A stretch of 64,000 bases of DNA from contig OZ253443.1 in NCBI GenBank assembly GCA_965261135.1, forward strand, positions 2,192,521 through 2,256,520. Reading direction: 5' to 3'. Each line of letters opens with the position of its first letter. Within the stretch, counting starts at the first letter, position 1. The notes below the pieces were generated by a model. The model did no database searches and was not told the origin of the DNA. It worked only from the letters and a program-made list of their open reading frames with translations. Origin of the DNA: Acidimicrobiia bacterium (GTDB lineage Bacteria > Actinomycetota > Acidimicrobiia > Spongiisociales > ZC4RG35). Below, piece by piece: positions 46,860 to 56,323 of this stretch. Position numbers and translations under genes: made by a program.

Positions 46860-48128
46860 TCATCCGCCCATCAACCACAGGTCTCCCACATTGACGCCGG
46901 TGGGCCCGGTGGTTACCAGATCACCGCAGGAAGCCAGATACGGGGAGGAGTCGTAGCAACAGAGATGGTCCCGCCAATCCAGGCCGGCGGCCTGGCCCCG
47001 CTCGATTGTCCCGGCATCCACCAAACCTCCCGCAGCTTCGCTCTGCCCATCTATCCCATCGGTGGCGAAACCCCCAAAAATTCCCCATCCGCGCTCGGCC
47101 AGCCGTCCGGCGGCGGCCAAGGCGGCGTGCTGGTTTCGACCGCCCCGACCTGGGGATGGGGCATCAATCCTCACAGTGGTCTCTCCCCAGTAGACATGCA
47201 CCAGGTCCGCAATGGATCTTCCCACCACCATCCGGGCGGCTTCTTCGGCCTCCCCGACCAACGGGGCGGCGACTACCTGCGCGGCGAGCCGGTGGGATTC
47301 CAGTGCGGCCCGGGCTGCCCGGGCCGCACCGACGCCATCAGCTATCACCTGGGAGGGGCGTAGGCCGAGCGCTGTCGTAAAGGGTCGGGACTCCTCAAGG
47401 TAATTCACGACCGAGAGGGGAACTCTCTCCTCCAGCCGGTAGTCGGCCAGCACCGCCCGGGCATCGGCCGGGGTTGTATCGTCGGCCAGCGTGGGACCGG
47501 AAGCGATCGCGGAAGCGGGGCCGTTTACCACATCGGAGATCAGCAGGGTGGCCAGGGGCCGCCCACCAGCCATCCGGGCGATCCCCCCGTTCTTCACCGC
47601 GGAAAGATGTCGGCGGACGATATTCATCTCCGAGATGGGGACCCCGCCGGTCACCAGCGCCCGGCCGGCCGCCGCCAGGTCTGCGAGGGTTACCCCCGGG
47701 GCGGGGACTTCCATCAGGGACGATCCCCCGCCCGACACCAGCGCCAGCAGCAGCTCATCGGGGTGCCCATCGGCTGCCAGCCCGAGCGCGGCCCGTCCCG
47801 CCGCCAGGCTGGCTTGGCCCGGGTACGGGTGATCACCGACCATCACCTTCACCCGGGGATGAGGGGAAGGCCGGTGCTGGTCGGAGATGATCAAACCGGC
47901 CACCAACCAGGACGACAGGGCCGCCACCGCGCCGCGAGCCATACCGTGAGCTGCCTTTCCCACCGCCAAGATCCGCACTCCCCGTTTGGGTTCCACCACC
48001 GCGCCTCCCACCTCCAGCCGCTCTCCCGACCCTGACAAGTGTTTCTCGGTGACAAGGCGGGCGTCCACAGACCGGAGCGCCGCCCGGTATGCGGCCAGAA
48101 AAGCTGGTCTGGTGGCGTCGTCCGCCAC
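46860..48128 (-). CDS. Glycerate kinase / hydroxypyruvate reductase-family (MOFRL) protein
   Basis: DUF4147-like N-domain and C-terminal MOFRL motif FGGFATDGIDGQSEAAG. Start placed at the GTG at 48128, 2 nt after the upstream gene's stop, giving 423 aa. The ORF-track start 48287 would overlap the upstream gene by 157 nt. Confidence 0.7.
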   Translation of the reverse strand: MADDATRPAFLAAYRAALRSVDARLVTEKHLSGSGERLEVGGAVVEPKRGVRILAVGKAAHGMARGAVAALSSWLVAGLIISDQHRPSPHPRVKVMVGDHPYPGQASLAAGRAALGLAADGHPDELLLALVSGGGSSLMEVPAPGVTLADLAAAGRALVTGGVPISEMNIVRRHLSAVKNGGIARMAGGRPLATLLISDVVNGPASAIASGPTLADDTTPADARAVLADYRLEERVPLSVVNYLEESRPFTTALGLRPSQVIADGVGAARAARAALESHRLAAQVVAAPLVGEAEEAARMVVGRSIADLVHVYWGETTVRIDAPSPGRGGRNQHAALAAAGRLAERGWGIFGGFATDGIDGQSEAAGGLVDAGTIERGQAAGLDWRDHLCCYDSSPYLASCGDLVTTGPTGVNVGDLWLMGG

Positions 48129-48130
48129 CC

Positions 48131-48859
48131 TCAAGGTGTGACTATCTTGAAAGCCTCCGCCGCGGCCAGACCGGCAGGCTTTCCCGCGTCGACGGCCCGC
48201 TGGGTGATCTTGGCCCTGAACCGCTTCCGGTGGGCAGCGGAAGCTTCCGCATCGTCCATCGTGGTTTCGGTCTGGCTGGAGTGGCACAGGAGGGCGGCGA
48301 CCTTCCGGTCGACAAATCCGGCGATGTCCTCCCGGTGGTCGGGCTGGTCGGTCGACCAGTAGAGCACCGCATCAGGTCGGTGCTTGCCCATCCCCTCGGT
48401 GAGCTGAGCCGGGAAAAAAAGATGGTCCCGGGCGGCGACCACTCCGTCGGTGACAGCCATTCCCGTCACCCGGTGGTCGGGATGCAGCATGTAGCGCCGC
48501 CATGGGTCGTGGGTGATCACCACGTTCGGACGCAGCCGTCTGATCCACCAGCACAGTATCTCCCGAAGCTTCATGGAGTACTCCAGTTCTCCATCCACCC
48601 GACCCAGCATCACCACCTCGCCGGTGATACCCAGCGCGGACGCCGAGCGGAGTTGCTCGACCCGGCGGGTCTCGACCAACTCGGCGGGATCAATGTGGGG
48701 ATCCCAACTCCCCTTCGACCCGTCGGTCATCACCAGCATCGACGCTTCGCACCCTTTCTCCGACCACTTGGAAAGCACGCCCCCCGCCCCGAACTCGGCG
48801 TCGTCGGGATGCGCGCCGATCGTCAGCGCCCGAACCGGAGTAGGCAACTGCTCATTCAC
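48131..48859 (-). CDS. PIG-L/LmbE-family N-acetylglucosaminyl deacetylase
   Basis: AHPDDAE metal-binding motif, HPDH later, 242 aa. Confidence 0.8.
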   Translation of the reverse strand: MNEQLPTPVRALTIGAHPDDAEFGAGGVLSKWSEKGCEASMLVMTDGSKGSWDPHIDPAELVETRRVEQLRSASALGITGEVVMLGRVDGELEYSMKLREILCWWIRRLRPNVVITHDPWRRYMLHPDHRVTGMAVTDGVVAARDHLFFPAQLTEGMGKHRPDAVLYWSTDQPDHREDIAGFVDRKVAALLCHSSQTETTMDDAEASAAHRKRFRAKITQRAVDAGKPAGLAAAEAFKIVTP

Positions 48860-49010
48860 CGCAAGCCTTCCTCGATTCTTAGCCGCCAGTCCCGCGTTCC
48901 CGGTCGTATTCGAGCATGGTTCTGAACCCGCCTCGCGTCAAATGTCTGTACAACCCAGCCATGCCTGATATGACGACCTGAGTCAGTCGCTCATCAGAGC
49001 TTACTTCTTC

Positions 49011-49679
49011 CTACCCGTCCGCGCCCTGCTTCATCTCAATCTCGCCTATCCAATCCGTCAGCCAGCGGCCCCGGGGATGGGACAGGGCCGCCGCCAGGTC
49101 AGAGGGGCGGTCGAGATCCAGCGCCAGACCGAGTCGATATACAACCTGCGGAGACCGCTGGCGGAGCCGGGACAGATGACGGTGGAAACTGCCCTCCCCG
49201 TAAGCGAAGTCAAAGTCGGGATCACCCGAGCCTCCGATCAGAGAAGTGCCCCCGTCCGAGGAGGGACCCAGCACCCACCCCCCCGAACTCACGGTGGCCA
49301 AGCCGGTTCTGAGATCAGCCGCCGATAAGAGGGGAAGGTCGGCGTGGACGATCATCCATCCCATGTTCAGCCGCGCCGCCATCTCCACCGCTCCGGCCGC
49401 GGCTTCGTTCAAAGACGGTGTCCGGTCGCGAATCGCCTCCCAGCCGCGCTCTCCGGCCCAATCCATCACCGGTTGGTCGGCAGCCAGCACCAACGGGCGG
49501 GCGCCCGCCTCCTCAATGGCAGCCACCACTCTGGCGGCCATCTCCAGGCTCAATCGCCGTCGGATCTGGGGAGAGAGGACCGTCGCCAGTCGGGCCTTGG
49601 GGAATATCGCCTGCCTTACGGGAACCGCCGCCAACACCTCCATCGCCGGAGAGCCGGGAACCGCCGCCAACACCTCCAT
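49011..49679 (-). CDS. cofC: 2-phospho-L-lactate guanylyltransferase-like (CofC/FbiD family, F420 biosynthesis) nucleotidyltransferase
   Basis: MEVLAAVPV..., ...VSSGGWVLGPSSDGGTSLIGG...FAYGEGSFHRH matches the CofC pattern. Start ambiguous because a 36-bp tandem duplication duplicates the Met codon (49641-43 and 49677-79). The ORF-track start is 49730. Confidence 0.6.
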   Translation of the reverse strand: MEVLAAVPGSPAMEVLAAVPVRQAIFPKARLATVLSPQIRRRLSLEMAARVVAAIEEAGARPLVLAADQPVMDWAGERGWEAIRDRTPSLNEAAAGAVEMAARLNMGWMIVHADLPLLSAADLRTGLATVSSGGWVLGPSSDGGTSLIGGSGDPDFDFAYGEGSFHRHLSRLRQRSPQVVYRLGLALDLDRPSDLAAALSHPRGRWLTDWIGEIEMKQGADG

Positions 49680-49691
49680 CGCCGGAGAGCT
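49620..49691. repeat. 36-bp tandem direct duplication (2 copies, one mismatch) spanning the cofC start region
   Basis: gggaaccgccgccaacacctccatcgccggagagc occurs at 49620-49655 and again at 49656-49691. Encodes the duplicated SPAMEVLAAVPG/SPAMEVLAAVPV. Confidence 0.9.
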
Positions 49692-50175
49692 AGGAGGCGT
49701 CGATGGAAAGCCCGGCCAGTACCTCTTCAAAGGTGTATCCGACCCAGACGTCCTCGGTCCACTGAGCGAGTTGGATTAGCACCCCGTTGGTGGTGCGTGG
49801 ATGCAAAAAGGCTTCGCTCCAATGCTCGCTGAAATGAAGGCCGGTAACCCGAAATCCTTTTTCTTCGGCAACGCGCGCCGCCTCTGAGAGGTCGTCCACC
49901 TCGAAGGTGAGATGATGCAAGCCTTCGCCCCGCTCCTCCAGGAACTTGCGGAGAAATGACTGGTTACCGAGCGGGGACATGACCTCCAGCTTCCCTTGAG
50001 GAAGGCGGAACTGCACCCATCGGAACGCGTTGCGAGGATTGTCGGCGCCTTGATAAAAACAGCCGCCCATCAACTCCACCAGGGGAAGGGCGCTTTTGAT
50101 GTCATGCACCGCCCAGGCCACGTGGTCAAACCGTTTCACCACCCCGCCCAGACCCAAAGACTCCTCGACGCTCAT
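49690..50175 (-). CDS. VOC-family (glyoxalase/bleomycin-resistance/dioxygenase fold) protein, methylmalonyl-CoA-epimerase-like
   Basis: FDHVAWAVHDIKSALPLVELMG ... HHLTFEVDDL, paired beta-alpha-beta-beta-beta modules, 161 aa. Confidence 0.65.
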   Translation of the reverse strand: MSVEESLGLGGVVKRFDHVAWAVHDIKSALPLVELMGGCFYQGADNPRNAFRWVQFRLPQGKLEVMSPLGNQSFLRKFLEERGEGLHHLTFEVDDLSEAARVAEEKGFRVTGLHFSEHWSEAFLHPRTTNGVLIQLAQWTEDVWVGYTFEEVLAGLSIDAS

Positions 50176-50239
50176 AGCCGGGGGAGGCTACCAGCCGCGC
50201 CGGTTTGTCGAGCGGGGTGGAAACCGCTCCATCCCTGTC

Positions 50240-51460
50240 TCACCCCCCGGCAGGTCCCCACCACTCGGACACGACCTTTCGGAAGGACCGGGTGGGCACC
50301 AGCACCTGGGCGCCAGAGGGCGCTTGGTAGTCCGCCACCGGGATGGTAAGCCGGGTCACCTGGGAGGGAGCAAGGTCTCGGTACCGCACTGCCCAGTCCA
50401 CCGCCTCGGTGATCGACCATCCTCTGTCCAGACGAAGGGTGTGGGAAAGGCTCTCCATGGTGTCGAGCAAACCGGCGGGAGAGTCGAGCTGCAACTGGCC
50501 CGAGAGGGTCAACAGCAAATCCTGTTGATGTCTCTGACGGGAGAAATCAGATGACCAGGCCCGCTGCCATTCCCCATCCACCAGTTGGCGAGCATTGCGA
50601 GACCGGGCATAGGCCAGAGAAGTCGCCCCATCCGCCATACGACATCCTGGCTCGGTGATGTCCAACTGGGCTTTCTCGTCGTAGGTGGGATAGTCGAAAC
50701 AAATTTCGATCCCTCCCAGGCCGTTCACCAACTCTACGAACCCGTCGAAGTCAACCCGCGCGAAGTGGTCCATGGCGACGCCCGTGAAGTCCTCAATGGC
50801 CAGGGCCAACAGTTCAGGCCCGTTGGCGTACCCGGTGCATCCTCCCAGATTGGCGTTCACCCGGCGAAAATCCTCGGAGCAGAAGTTGTAAAGATATAGA
50901 TCGCGAGGGATCGAAATCAGCGCCGGCCCCGAGCCGTCCTCGGGGAACAACGCCAGGATAATGGCATCGGCCAAAAAGCCGCTGGCGTCGGCGCCCATCA
51001 GCAGCACCGAGTCGAACATCCCATCAGGCAGCTTGGTCGAACTGCGGGCATGGTCAACAGGAGCAGGCGCGGGTGTCTCCTCCTCCTCTGGGGGATCCGG
51101 TGTCCCATCCCCCCCGGCATCCAGCGTCCCATCCCCCTCGGCATCCAGCGTCCCATCCTCCTCGGCATCCAGCGGCGAGACGACATCAGGGGTTTCCCCT
51201 TCTTCGGGAGGGTCGAAGTTCTCTTGCCCTTCTTGGGTCTCGATGTCCTGACGACCCTCTTCCACCTGCTCGGGAGTTCGCTCTTCCAGGGCGGCACTGG
51301 CTTCCGTCGGCGAAAAAGGCTCATCGGCAACCGCCTTGAAGTCACTGTATAGGCGCCATCCAACCAGCGTCAACCCCAACAGCACCGCCACCCCCACCCC
51401 TATCCAGATCCGCCGTTTCATCTTGCGACGTCTTATCCTGAGCGCAGCTCTAGTCGTCAA
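50240..51460 (-). CDS. LytR-CpsA-Psr (LCP) family cell-envelope phosphotransferase with N-terminal TM and acidic repeat linker
   Basis: TM helix IWIGVGVAVLLGLTLVGW; linker with DAEEDGTLDAEGDGTLDAGGDGT repeats; LCP core (...SIPRDLYLY...GGIEICFDYP...). Confidence 0.75.
   Translation of the reverse strand: MTTRAALRIRRRKMKRRIWIGVGVAVLLGLTLVGWRLYSDFKAVADEPFSPTEASAALEERTPEQVEEGRQDIETQEGQENFDPPEEGETPDVVSPLDAEEDGTLDAEGDGTLDAGGDGTPDPPEEEETPAPAPVDHARSSTKLPDGMFDSVLLMGADASGFLADAIILALFPEDGSGPALISIPRDLYLYNFCSEDFRRVNANLGGCTGYANGPELLALAIEDFTGVAMDHFARVDFDGFVELVNGLGGIEICFDYPTYDEKAQLDITEPGCRMADGATSLAYARSRNARQLVDGEWQRAWSSDFSRQRHQQDLLLTLSGQLQLDSPAGLLDTMESLSHTLRLDRGWSITEAVDWAVRYRDLAPSQVTRLTIPVADYQAPSGAQVLVPTRSFRKVVSEWWGPAGG
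51085..51185. repeat. Imperfect 27-nt tandem repeats inside the LCP gene (encode the DAEGDGTL acidic linker)
   Basis: cggcatccagcgtcccatcc(c/t)cctcgg repeated about 3 times. Confidence 0.6.
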
Positions 51461-51492
51461 CTCAGTAATCCTTACTCAGCAAAAACGGGGCA

Positions 51493-51876
51493 TCACCGCG
51501 CCCCGCCCGGAGAAGGGTACTCCCCCCGATGGAACACTGTTCCGGTGAACAGCCCGACGACCCGCCCGTCGCCTCGTTCCACAGTGATCCGGTAAGTGGC
51601 CACCGACCGCGACCGCGTAGCAGGCCGCGCGGTGGCGGTCAGCCGGTCTCCGGCTCGCGCGGAAGCGGGCTGCACCAGATGGGTGTCGAGGGCGACCGCC
51701 TCCACTTCGGCGTTGGAGATCAGGGAAAGGGCGAAATCGGCCAGGGAATACACCGCTCCGCCATGAACCAGCCCCATGAAGTTGGTATGCCGGGGCGCCA
51801 CTTCCAACTCCACCGCCAGCCGCTCAGGATCGGCGCCGACCAGCCTCGCTCCCAGGAGTTCGGCGTAAGGGTCGGA
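51493..51876 (-). CDS. Hotdog-fold thioesterase (PaaI/YbgC-like)
   Basis: GLVHGGAVYSLADFA motif. Start assigned at MERTSTR/MAASDPY (about 51876), about 127 aa. The ORF-track start 52101 gives an implausible Arg-rich N-terminus. Confidence 0.6.
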   Translation of the reverse strand, partial: SDPYAELLGARLVGADPERLAVELEVAPRHTNFMGLVHGGAVYSLADFALSLISNAEVEAVALDTHLVQPASARAGDRLTATARPATRSRSVATYRITVERGDGRVVGLFTGTVFHRGEYPSPGGAR

Positions 51877-51937
51877 AGCCGCCATCGCTCTCAGCCGGGT
51901 GGATGTTCTCTCCATCGGCTGAGATGGACCACAGGGT

Positions 51938-52630
51938 TCAGCCATCCAGTCCGGCAATCCAGGCGTCGAACAGTTGATGGGCGCCCTTGACCATCTCCCC
52001 TTCGGCCTCCTCCAACTCCGCTGCGAACTCTTCGGGGGTCTTTCCCGCTCTCTCCAACATACCCCGGGCACCGTGGTTCGCCCACTCGTTGGCCTCGGCA
52101 TTGTGAGTTTCGGGATGAAACTGGATCCCCAACGCCGAACCGGCAGTAAACGCCTGCGGGAAACGGTCGGAGTAGGCCAACAATTCGCTCCCGGGAGGCG
52201 GGTCGAACGTGTCCTGATGCATGGAGAACACCCGCCGGTCGGCGACTTTGGAGACTACCGGATGCCGGTAACCGGCCCCGGTCAGCTGGACGGAGACCGC
52301 CCCCACCTCGGGCTGGTCGGCCAGAAAAACGCGCCCGCCCAAAGCGGACGCCAAGAGTTGGGATCCCAAACAGATTCCCAGCACCGGGACTTTCGTCTCC
52401 ACCGCTTTGCGGGCCAGTGCCATCTCCTCGACCAGGAAGGGATTTTCTTCTGTTTCATAGGCACCCATTATCCCGCCCATTATCACCAGGGCTCCGATCT
52501 CCTCCAGCCGAGGGAGAGGCTCTCCCTCGGCGCTGTTGACCTCCTCCCACCCCACTCCGCAACGGTCCAGGCGCTCGGCCAATCTGCCCACCGATCCGCA
52601 GGAATGCTTGATGACCACCACTTTCCCCAT
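51938..52630 (-). CDS. Class-I glutamine amidotransferase-like protein
   Basis: VPVLGICLGSQLL catalytic Cys elbow and later HPE. 230 aa. Confidence 0.7.
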   Translation of the reverse strand: MGKVVVIKHSCGSVGRLAERLDRCGVGWEEVNSAEGEPLPRLEEIGALVIMGGIMGAYETEENPFLVEEMALARKAVETKVPVLGICLGSQLLASALGGRVFLADQPEVGAVSVQLTGAGYRHPVVSKVADRRVFSMHQDTFDPPPGSELLAYSDRFPQAFTAGSALGIQFHPETHNAEANEWANHGARGMLERAGKTPEEFAAELEEAEGEMVKGAHQLFDAWIAGLDG

Positions 52631-52826
52631 GCTTGGGCAGTTTACCTTTGGTCAAATCATCGTAAGGGAACGTGTCGACATCTCCAATGCCAAATCCATT
52701 TGGAGTGGTAGGGACAATTCTGACCTGTGGCCAGCCGCAGCCGTCTGGGAAACATTTCTACTGCCAAAGGGGTCAGAATCCTGTGAGGGACCTATACAGA
52801 ACGCCGATAGGGAGAGATCGCCACTT

Positions 52827-53939
52827 CTAGGGCCGGATCAGAGAGATGATTTCCTCTACCGAAAGGTTTTCGAGGCCCATGCGCTCCAGGGTGCGTCCGC
52901 CCGCGATGGCTTCTTCCAAACCGGCGGCGGCGGCCAGGTTCAGCAGCGCCGCGGCTACGGGAGTCGCCACTCCGGCCACTCTTGCCAACTCCACCAGAGG
53001 CAACAGGCCGTATCCGAAATCCTCGGTGTAGTAACGGTGGCCGAGAGAGTCGGGCGCCATGATCCGTGCGTTGGCGCTGCCTGTCGAGATCGCTCTCTGC
53101 AAATCGGTGGGATCGGCATCCTTCTCCACCGTGCCGATGGCCAACATCTCCTCCATCAGAGAATCCACGTGGTACCCGAAAGCGGCGGCCACCGCCCGGC
53201 GTTCGTCGTCCAAGCGGGACATCACCGATGCCACCGCCGAGGTCATCCCCTCCACATAGAAACGGAAGTCGCCGCTCGTGGCCTCCACCCAAGCCGCTCC
53301 CAAGATCGCTCCCGGAGGATGGAGCACCATATTTAACTCTGCCAACCCGACCGCCAGCACATCGGGTTGGCGAACCGCCCCCGGGTAAAGATCGAAGGCC
53401 AGAGCCATAGCGTCCTCGCCTCCCGGTAAACACCCCACCCACATCCGGGCCGCCGCGCCTGTTATGTTCACTATCCATTGAGAGTGGCCATTCGGGTGCT
53501 GCTCTTCACTCACTGCGGGGAGAGCGGTTCGAACCGTATAGGGAAGGTTGGAGCACTCAGCCAGGGGAGGCAGGCGCGCCGCGCCGGCGTCACGCATCAC
53601 TTTCGCCACTTCCAACGCCCCGCCCAGGTGACCAGGCGCCAGCACCACCGGTGCCTCGCACCCGACCCGCGCCAGATGTCGGGCAATATCACGGTGGGCG
53701 GTAGAGGGCAGGCACACCAGCACACCGGCCGCGCCTTGCACTGCCGCTGACAGGTCGTCGGTACACCTAACGGGCATACTCCCCTCACCCAGCACTCCCC
53801 GATACTCGAGCCGCAATCCCTGAAGAGCACCCTGGGGAACCGTGCGACGCCACCACACCACCTCGAATCCCCGCAGGGTCAAATCGACGGTCGCCGCCAT
53901 GCCTCCCGCACCGCCTCCCATCACCACTATCCGGGCCAT
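52827..53939 (-). CDS. NAD(P)-dependent opine dehydrogenase-family oxidoreductase
   Basis: N-terminal Rossmann IVVMGGGAGGMA. C-terminal helical domain with ...HRYYTEDFGYGLLPLVELARVAGV, typical of octopine/nopaline-dehydrogenase-like enzymes. Confidence 0.6.
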   Translation of the reverse strand: MARIVVMGGGAGGMAATVDLTLRGFEVVWWRRTVPQGALQGLRLEYRGVLGEGSMPVRCTDDLSAAVQGAAGVLVCLPSTAHRDIARHLARVGCEAPVVLAPGHLGGALEVAKVMRDAGAARLPPLAECSNLPYTVRTALPAVSEEQHPNGHSQWIVNITGAAARMWVGCLPGGEDAMALAFDLYPGAVRQPDVLAVGLAELNMVLHPPGAILGAAWVEATSGDFRFYVEGMTSAVASVMSRLDDERRAVAAAFGYHVDSLMEEMLAIGTVEKDADPTDLQRAISTGSANARIMAPDSLGHRYYTEDFGYGLLPLVELARVAGVATPVAAALLNLAAAAGLEEAIAGGRTLERMGLENLSVEEIISLIRP

Positions 53940-53949
53940 CGGCTGTGCC

Positions 53950-55140
53950 TCACTCGCCCCCGCCTAGATCCAGACGGACCGCCTCGACCACCGAGTACTT
54001 CTCCACCTTGGCCACATTGACCTCCACTCCCAGGCCGGGGCCCTCAGGAACCATTACCCGCCCATCTTCGAAGCCAAACGAGCCGGAGATCAAATCATCG
54101 GTGTAATAGATGCCGGCTATCTCCGGCCGGTCGCTCCCCTCGGAGCCCGAAACCGGACACACACTGGGCAGGATGGCGTTTTCCAGCGCCGCTCCCAGCG
54201 CCAGGTTGGCGGCGTTGCCCACTCCGGTCTCGATGGACCCGCCGATGTCGCACATCATTCCCAAACGCCGGGCTGTCTCGGCTTGCTGGCGGGCTCGAAA
54301 GAGACCTCCCGGTTTGGTGACGTAGCACGAGAAGTACTCGGCCGCTTCCAAGTGGGCCAACTCCCAGATATCCTCGACCGTCCATGCCGACTCGTCGGCC
54401 ATGATCGGCACGTCCACCTGCCGGGCCACCGCCGCCAGCCCCTCGGCGCCAGCCACCGGCTGCTCGCACAGCATGATGTCGTATTCCTCCTGGGCCCGGG
54501 TTACCTTCACCGCCTCCGACACATGGGAATACCCCTCATTTCCATCAACCCTGATCTTGATCTCCGGCCCCACCAACTCCCGCAGCCGGCGAACCAGTTC
54601 CACATCCCGGACCGGATCCAGCCCAGTCTTGCACTTGATGGTGAGCGCCCCCTCCGCCACCGCCTGTCGGGCTTCTTCCAGACAGCGTTCAATGGGCATG
54701 ATCCCCAGCGAGTGAGCCAACTCGAGTCCCCGACGGTGTGCACCCCCCAGGAGGGTGGAGACTCCCACGCCCATCGCCCGCCCGGCCAGGTCATAGCAGG
54801 CCATATCGATCATGGCTTTGGCATAGGGATGTCCCTTCACCGCCTTGTCCATCCGGGCGTGAATCACCGCGATATCACGAGGGTCGGAGCCGCCCACGGC
54901 GGGGAGCAGATAATCGGCCGCCACCACCCGGACTGTCTCTGGAGATTCGCCGTAATACCGCATCGCCGACCCGCCCCAGGTGATTCCGGCCGGCGCCTCT
55001 CCCCACCCCTCCAGTCCCTGGTCGGTGCTCAGCCGGAGGATGGCATGGCGTCCGATGGGCGCGGTCATCTTGGAAGCCCAGGTGTGCTCGCGCCGGGTGG
55101 GCAATGCCACTATGTAGATGGCCGCGGCGGTTATCTTCAC
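53950..55140 (-). CDS. Enolase-superfamily enzyme (mandelate racemase / muconate lactonizing enzyme family)
   Basis: KxK-like and metal-ligand pattern (...KIRVDGNEGY... DIMLCEQP ... MADESA...). 396 aa capping + TIM-barrel. Confidence 0.85.
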   Translation of the reverse strand: MKITAAAIYIVALPTRREHTWASKMTAPIGRHAILRLSTDQGLEGWGEAPAGITWGGSAMRYYGESPETVRVVAADYLLPAVGGSDPRDIAVIHARMDKAVKGHPYAKAMIDMACYDLAGRAMGVGVSTLLGGAHRRGLELAHSLGIMPIERCLEEARQAVAEGALTIKCKTGLDPVRDVELVRRLRELVGPEIKIRVDGNEGYSHVSEAVKVTRAQEEYDIMLCEQPVAGAEGLAAVARQVDVPIMADESAWTVEDIWELAHLEAAEYFSCYVTKPGGLFRARQQAETARRLGMMCDIGGSIETGVGNAANLALGAALENAILPSVCPVSGSEGSDRPEIAGIYYTDDLISGSFGFEDGRVMVPEGPGLGVEVNVAKVEKYSVVEAVRLDLGGGE

Positions 55141-56132
55141 GCTCCCTCCCTCTCGTAGAGTTCGATCTCGTTGCCATCCGGGTCGGCGACGTAGACGGTG
55201 AGACCGTAGGGGCCTGGTCCCAGGGGGCGAACGATCCGATAACCCGCCTCTGCCACCCGCCGCTCGAACCCCGCCACCCCCCGTACCTCGAAAGCCAGGT
55301 GATCCATCTGCCCGCCTCTCCCAGTACCCCCTTCGGTGAGCCCCAAACCCTGTTCGGTGCTGATAAACCGCCGCCCGTCACGAAAGGGCGCCCTGCTACG
55401 AACCCGAAATCCCAACAGATCAACGTAAAAGCGCTCGGCGGCGTCCAGGTCGGTGGCCTCCAACAGCACATGGGCTATTCCGCTGATCACCGGTCGACTG
55501 CCTTCCTCCAACCAATCGGCCACCTCCGAAGAGGTAGCCAGGGAAGCCAGGTAGTGCGCCCACACCTCTAGAGCCGAAGGTTCCCACTGGGGGCGGACCC
55601 CGGCGATGCCGTCCGTAACCGCCACCACGTCATAATCTCGCAGGTAGGCCTCCCGGAGAGTGGTCTCAACACAGGCGTTGAGGGTCACCCCCGTCACGAA
55701 CAGCGCTCTCACCCCCAACATCCGCAACAACGCCTCCAGCCGCGTCTCGTAGAAAGCTCCAAACCGATGCTTTTGGATCACCATGACCGGATCGTCGGCC
55801 AACTCGGCCAACTCGTCAATGATCGCCGCGTCCCAGCTTCCGGCCAGGGCTGCCACCCCCGAGCGGCGTTGGGTGTGGGAGGGGAGACGTTTTTGGTTCC
55901 TGGCTTGGTCAGGCTGCAAGTGAGCCTGCACCGTCCAGATCACCGGCATCTCCGCCGCCTTGAACAGCTCGGCCAGCCGCCGAATAGGCCCATAGACCTC
56001 CTGGGCCGGACCGACATCCACCCCCGAGACGCCCAAGGTCCCCTCCGGATGGCAGAAGGCGTTTTGCATATCCACCACCAACAGCGCCGCCGATCCCGGA
56101 TCGAGGACAGAGAGGTTCGCCGTTTGGCTCAT
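55137..56132 (-). CDS. Fusion protein: isochorismatase-like cysteine hydrolase (N) + VOC/glyoxalase domain (C)
   Basis: N-terminal ALLVVDMQNAF ... RFGAFYETRLEALLRMLGVRALFVTGVTLNACV (Asp-Lys-Cys triad pattern). C-terminal roughly 120 aa has the HVLLEATDLDAAERFYVDLLGF ... MDHLAFEV VOC module. Confidence 0.7.
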   Translation of the reverse strand: MSQTANLSVLDPGSAALLVVDMQNAFCHPEGTLGVSGVDVGPAQEVYGPIRRLAELFKAAEMPVIWTVQAHLQPDQARNQKRLPSHTQRRSGVAALAGSWDAAIIDELAELADDPVMVIQKHRFGAFYETRLEALLRMLGVRALFVTGVTLNACVETTLREAYLRDYDVVAVTDGIAGVRPQWEPSALEVWAHYLASLATSSEVADWLEEGSRPVISGIAHVLLEATDLDAAERFYVDLLGFRVRSRAPFRDGRRFISTEQGLGLTEGGTGRGGQMDHLAFEVRGVAGFERRVAEAGYRIVRPLGPGPYGLTVYVADPDGNEIELYEREGA

Positions 56133-56323
56133 ACGTCAGTTCGATCCGGCCCCAGCACTCCGGCCAACCCCCAGCTCTCCCGGGGAACGTCACGAATGAT
56201 CACATGCAGAGCATCAGGACGGGCGTCGACGTGTTCCACCATTGCCTCGGTGATGGCTCTCACCAGCCGACGCTTCTGCTCAGTGGTTCTTCCTTCCCAC
56301 ATCTCCACGGTCACAACCGGCAC
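56129..56323 (-). CDS. 4-oxalocrotonate tautomerase-family protein (GTG start placing Pro immediately after fMet)
   Basis: RBS aaaggag 7 nt upstream of GTG-CCG (M-P-VVTVEMWEGRTTEQKRRLVRAITEAMVEHV...). 64 aa. The catalytic Pro1 architecture only works with this start. The ORF-track start is 56377. Confidence 0.65.
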   Translation of the reverse strand: MPVVTVEMWEGRTTEQKRRLVRAITEAMVEHVDARPDALHVIIRDVPRESWGLAGVLGPDRTDV

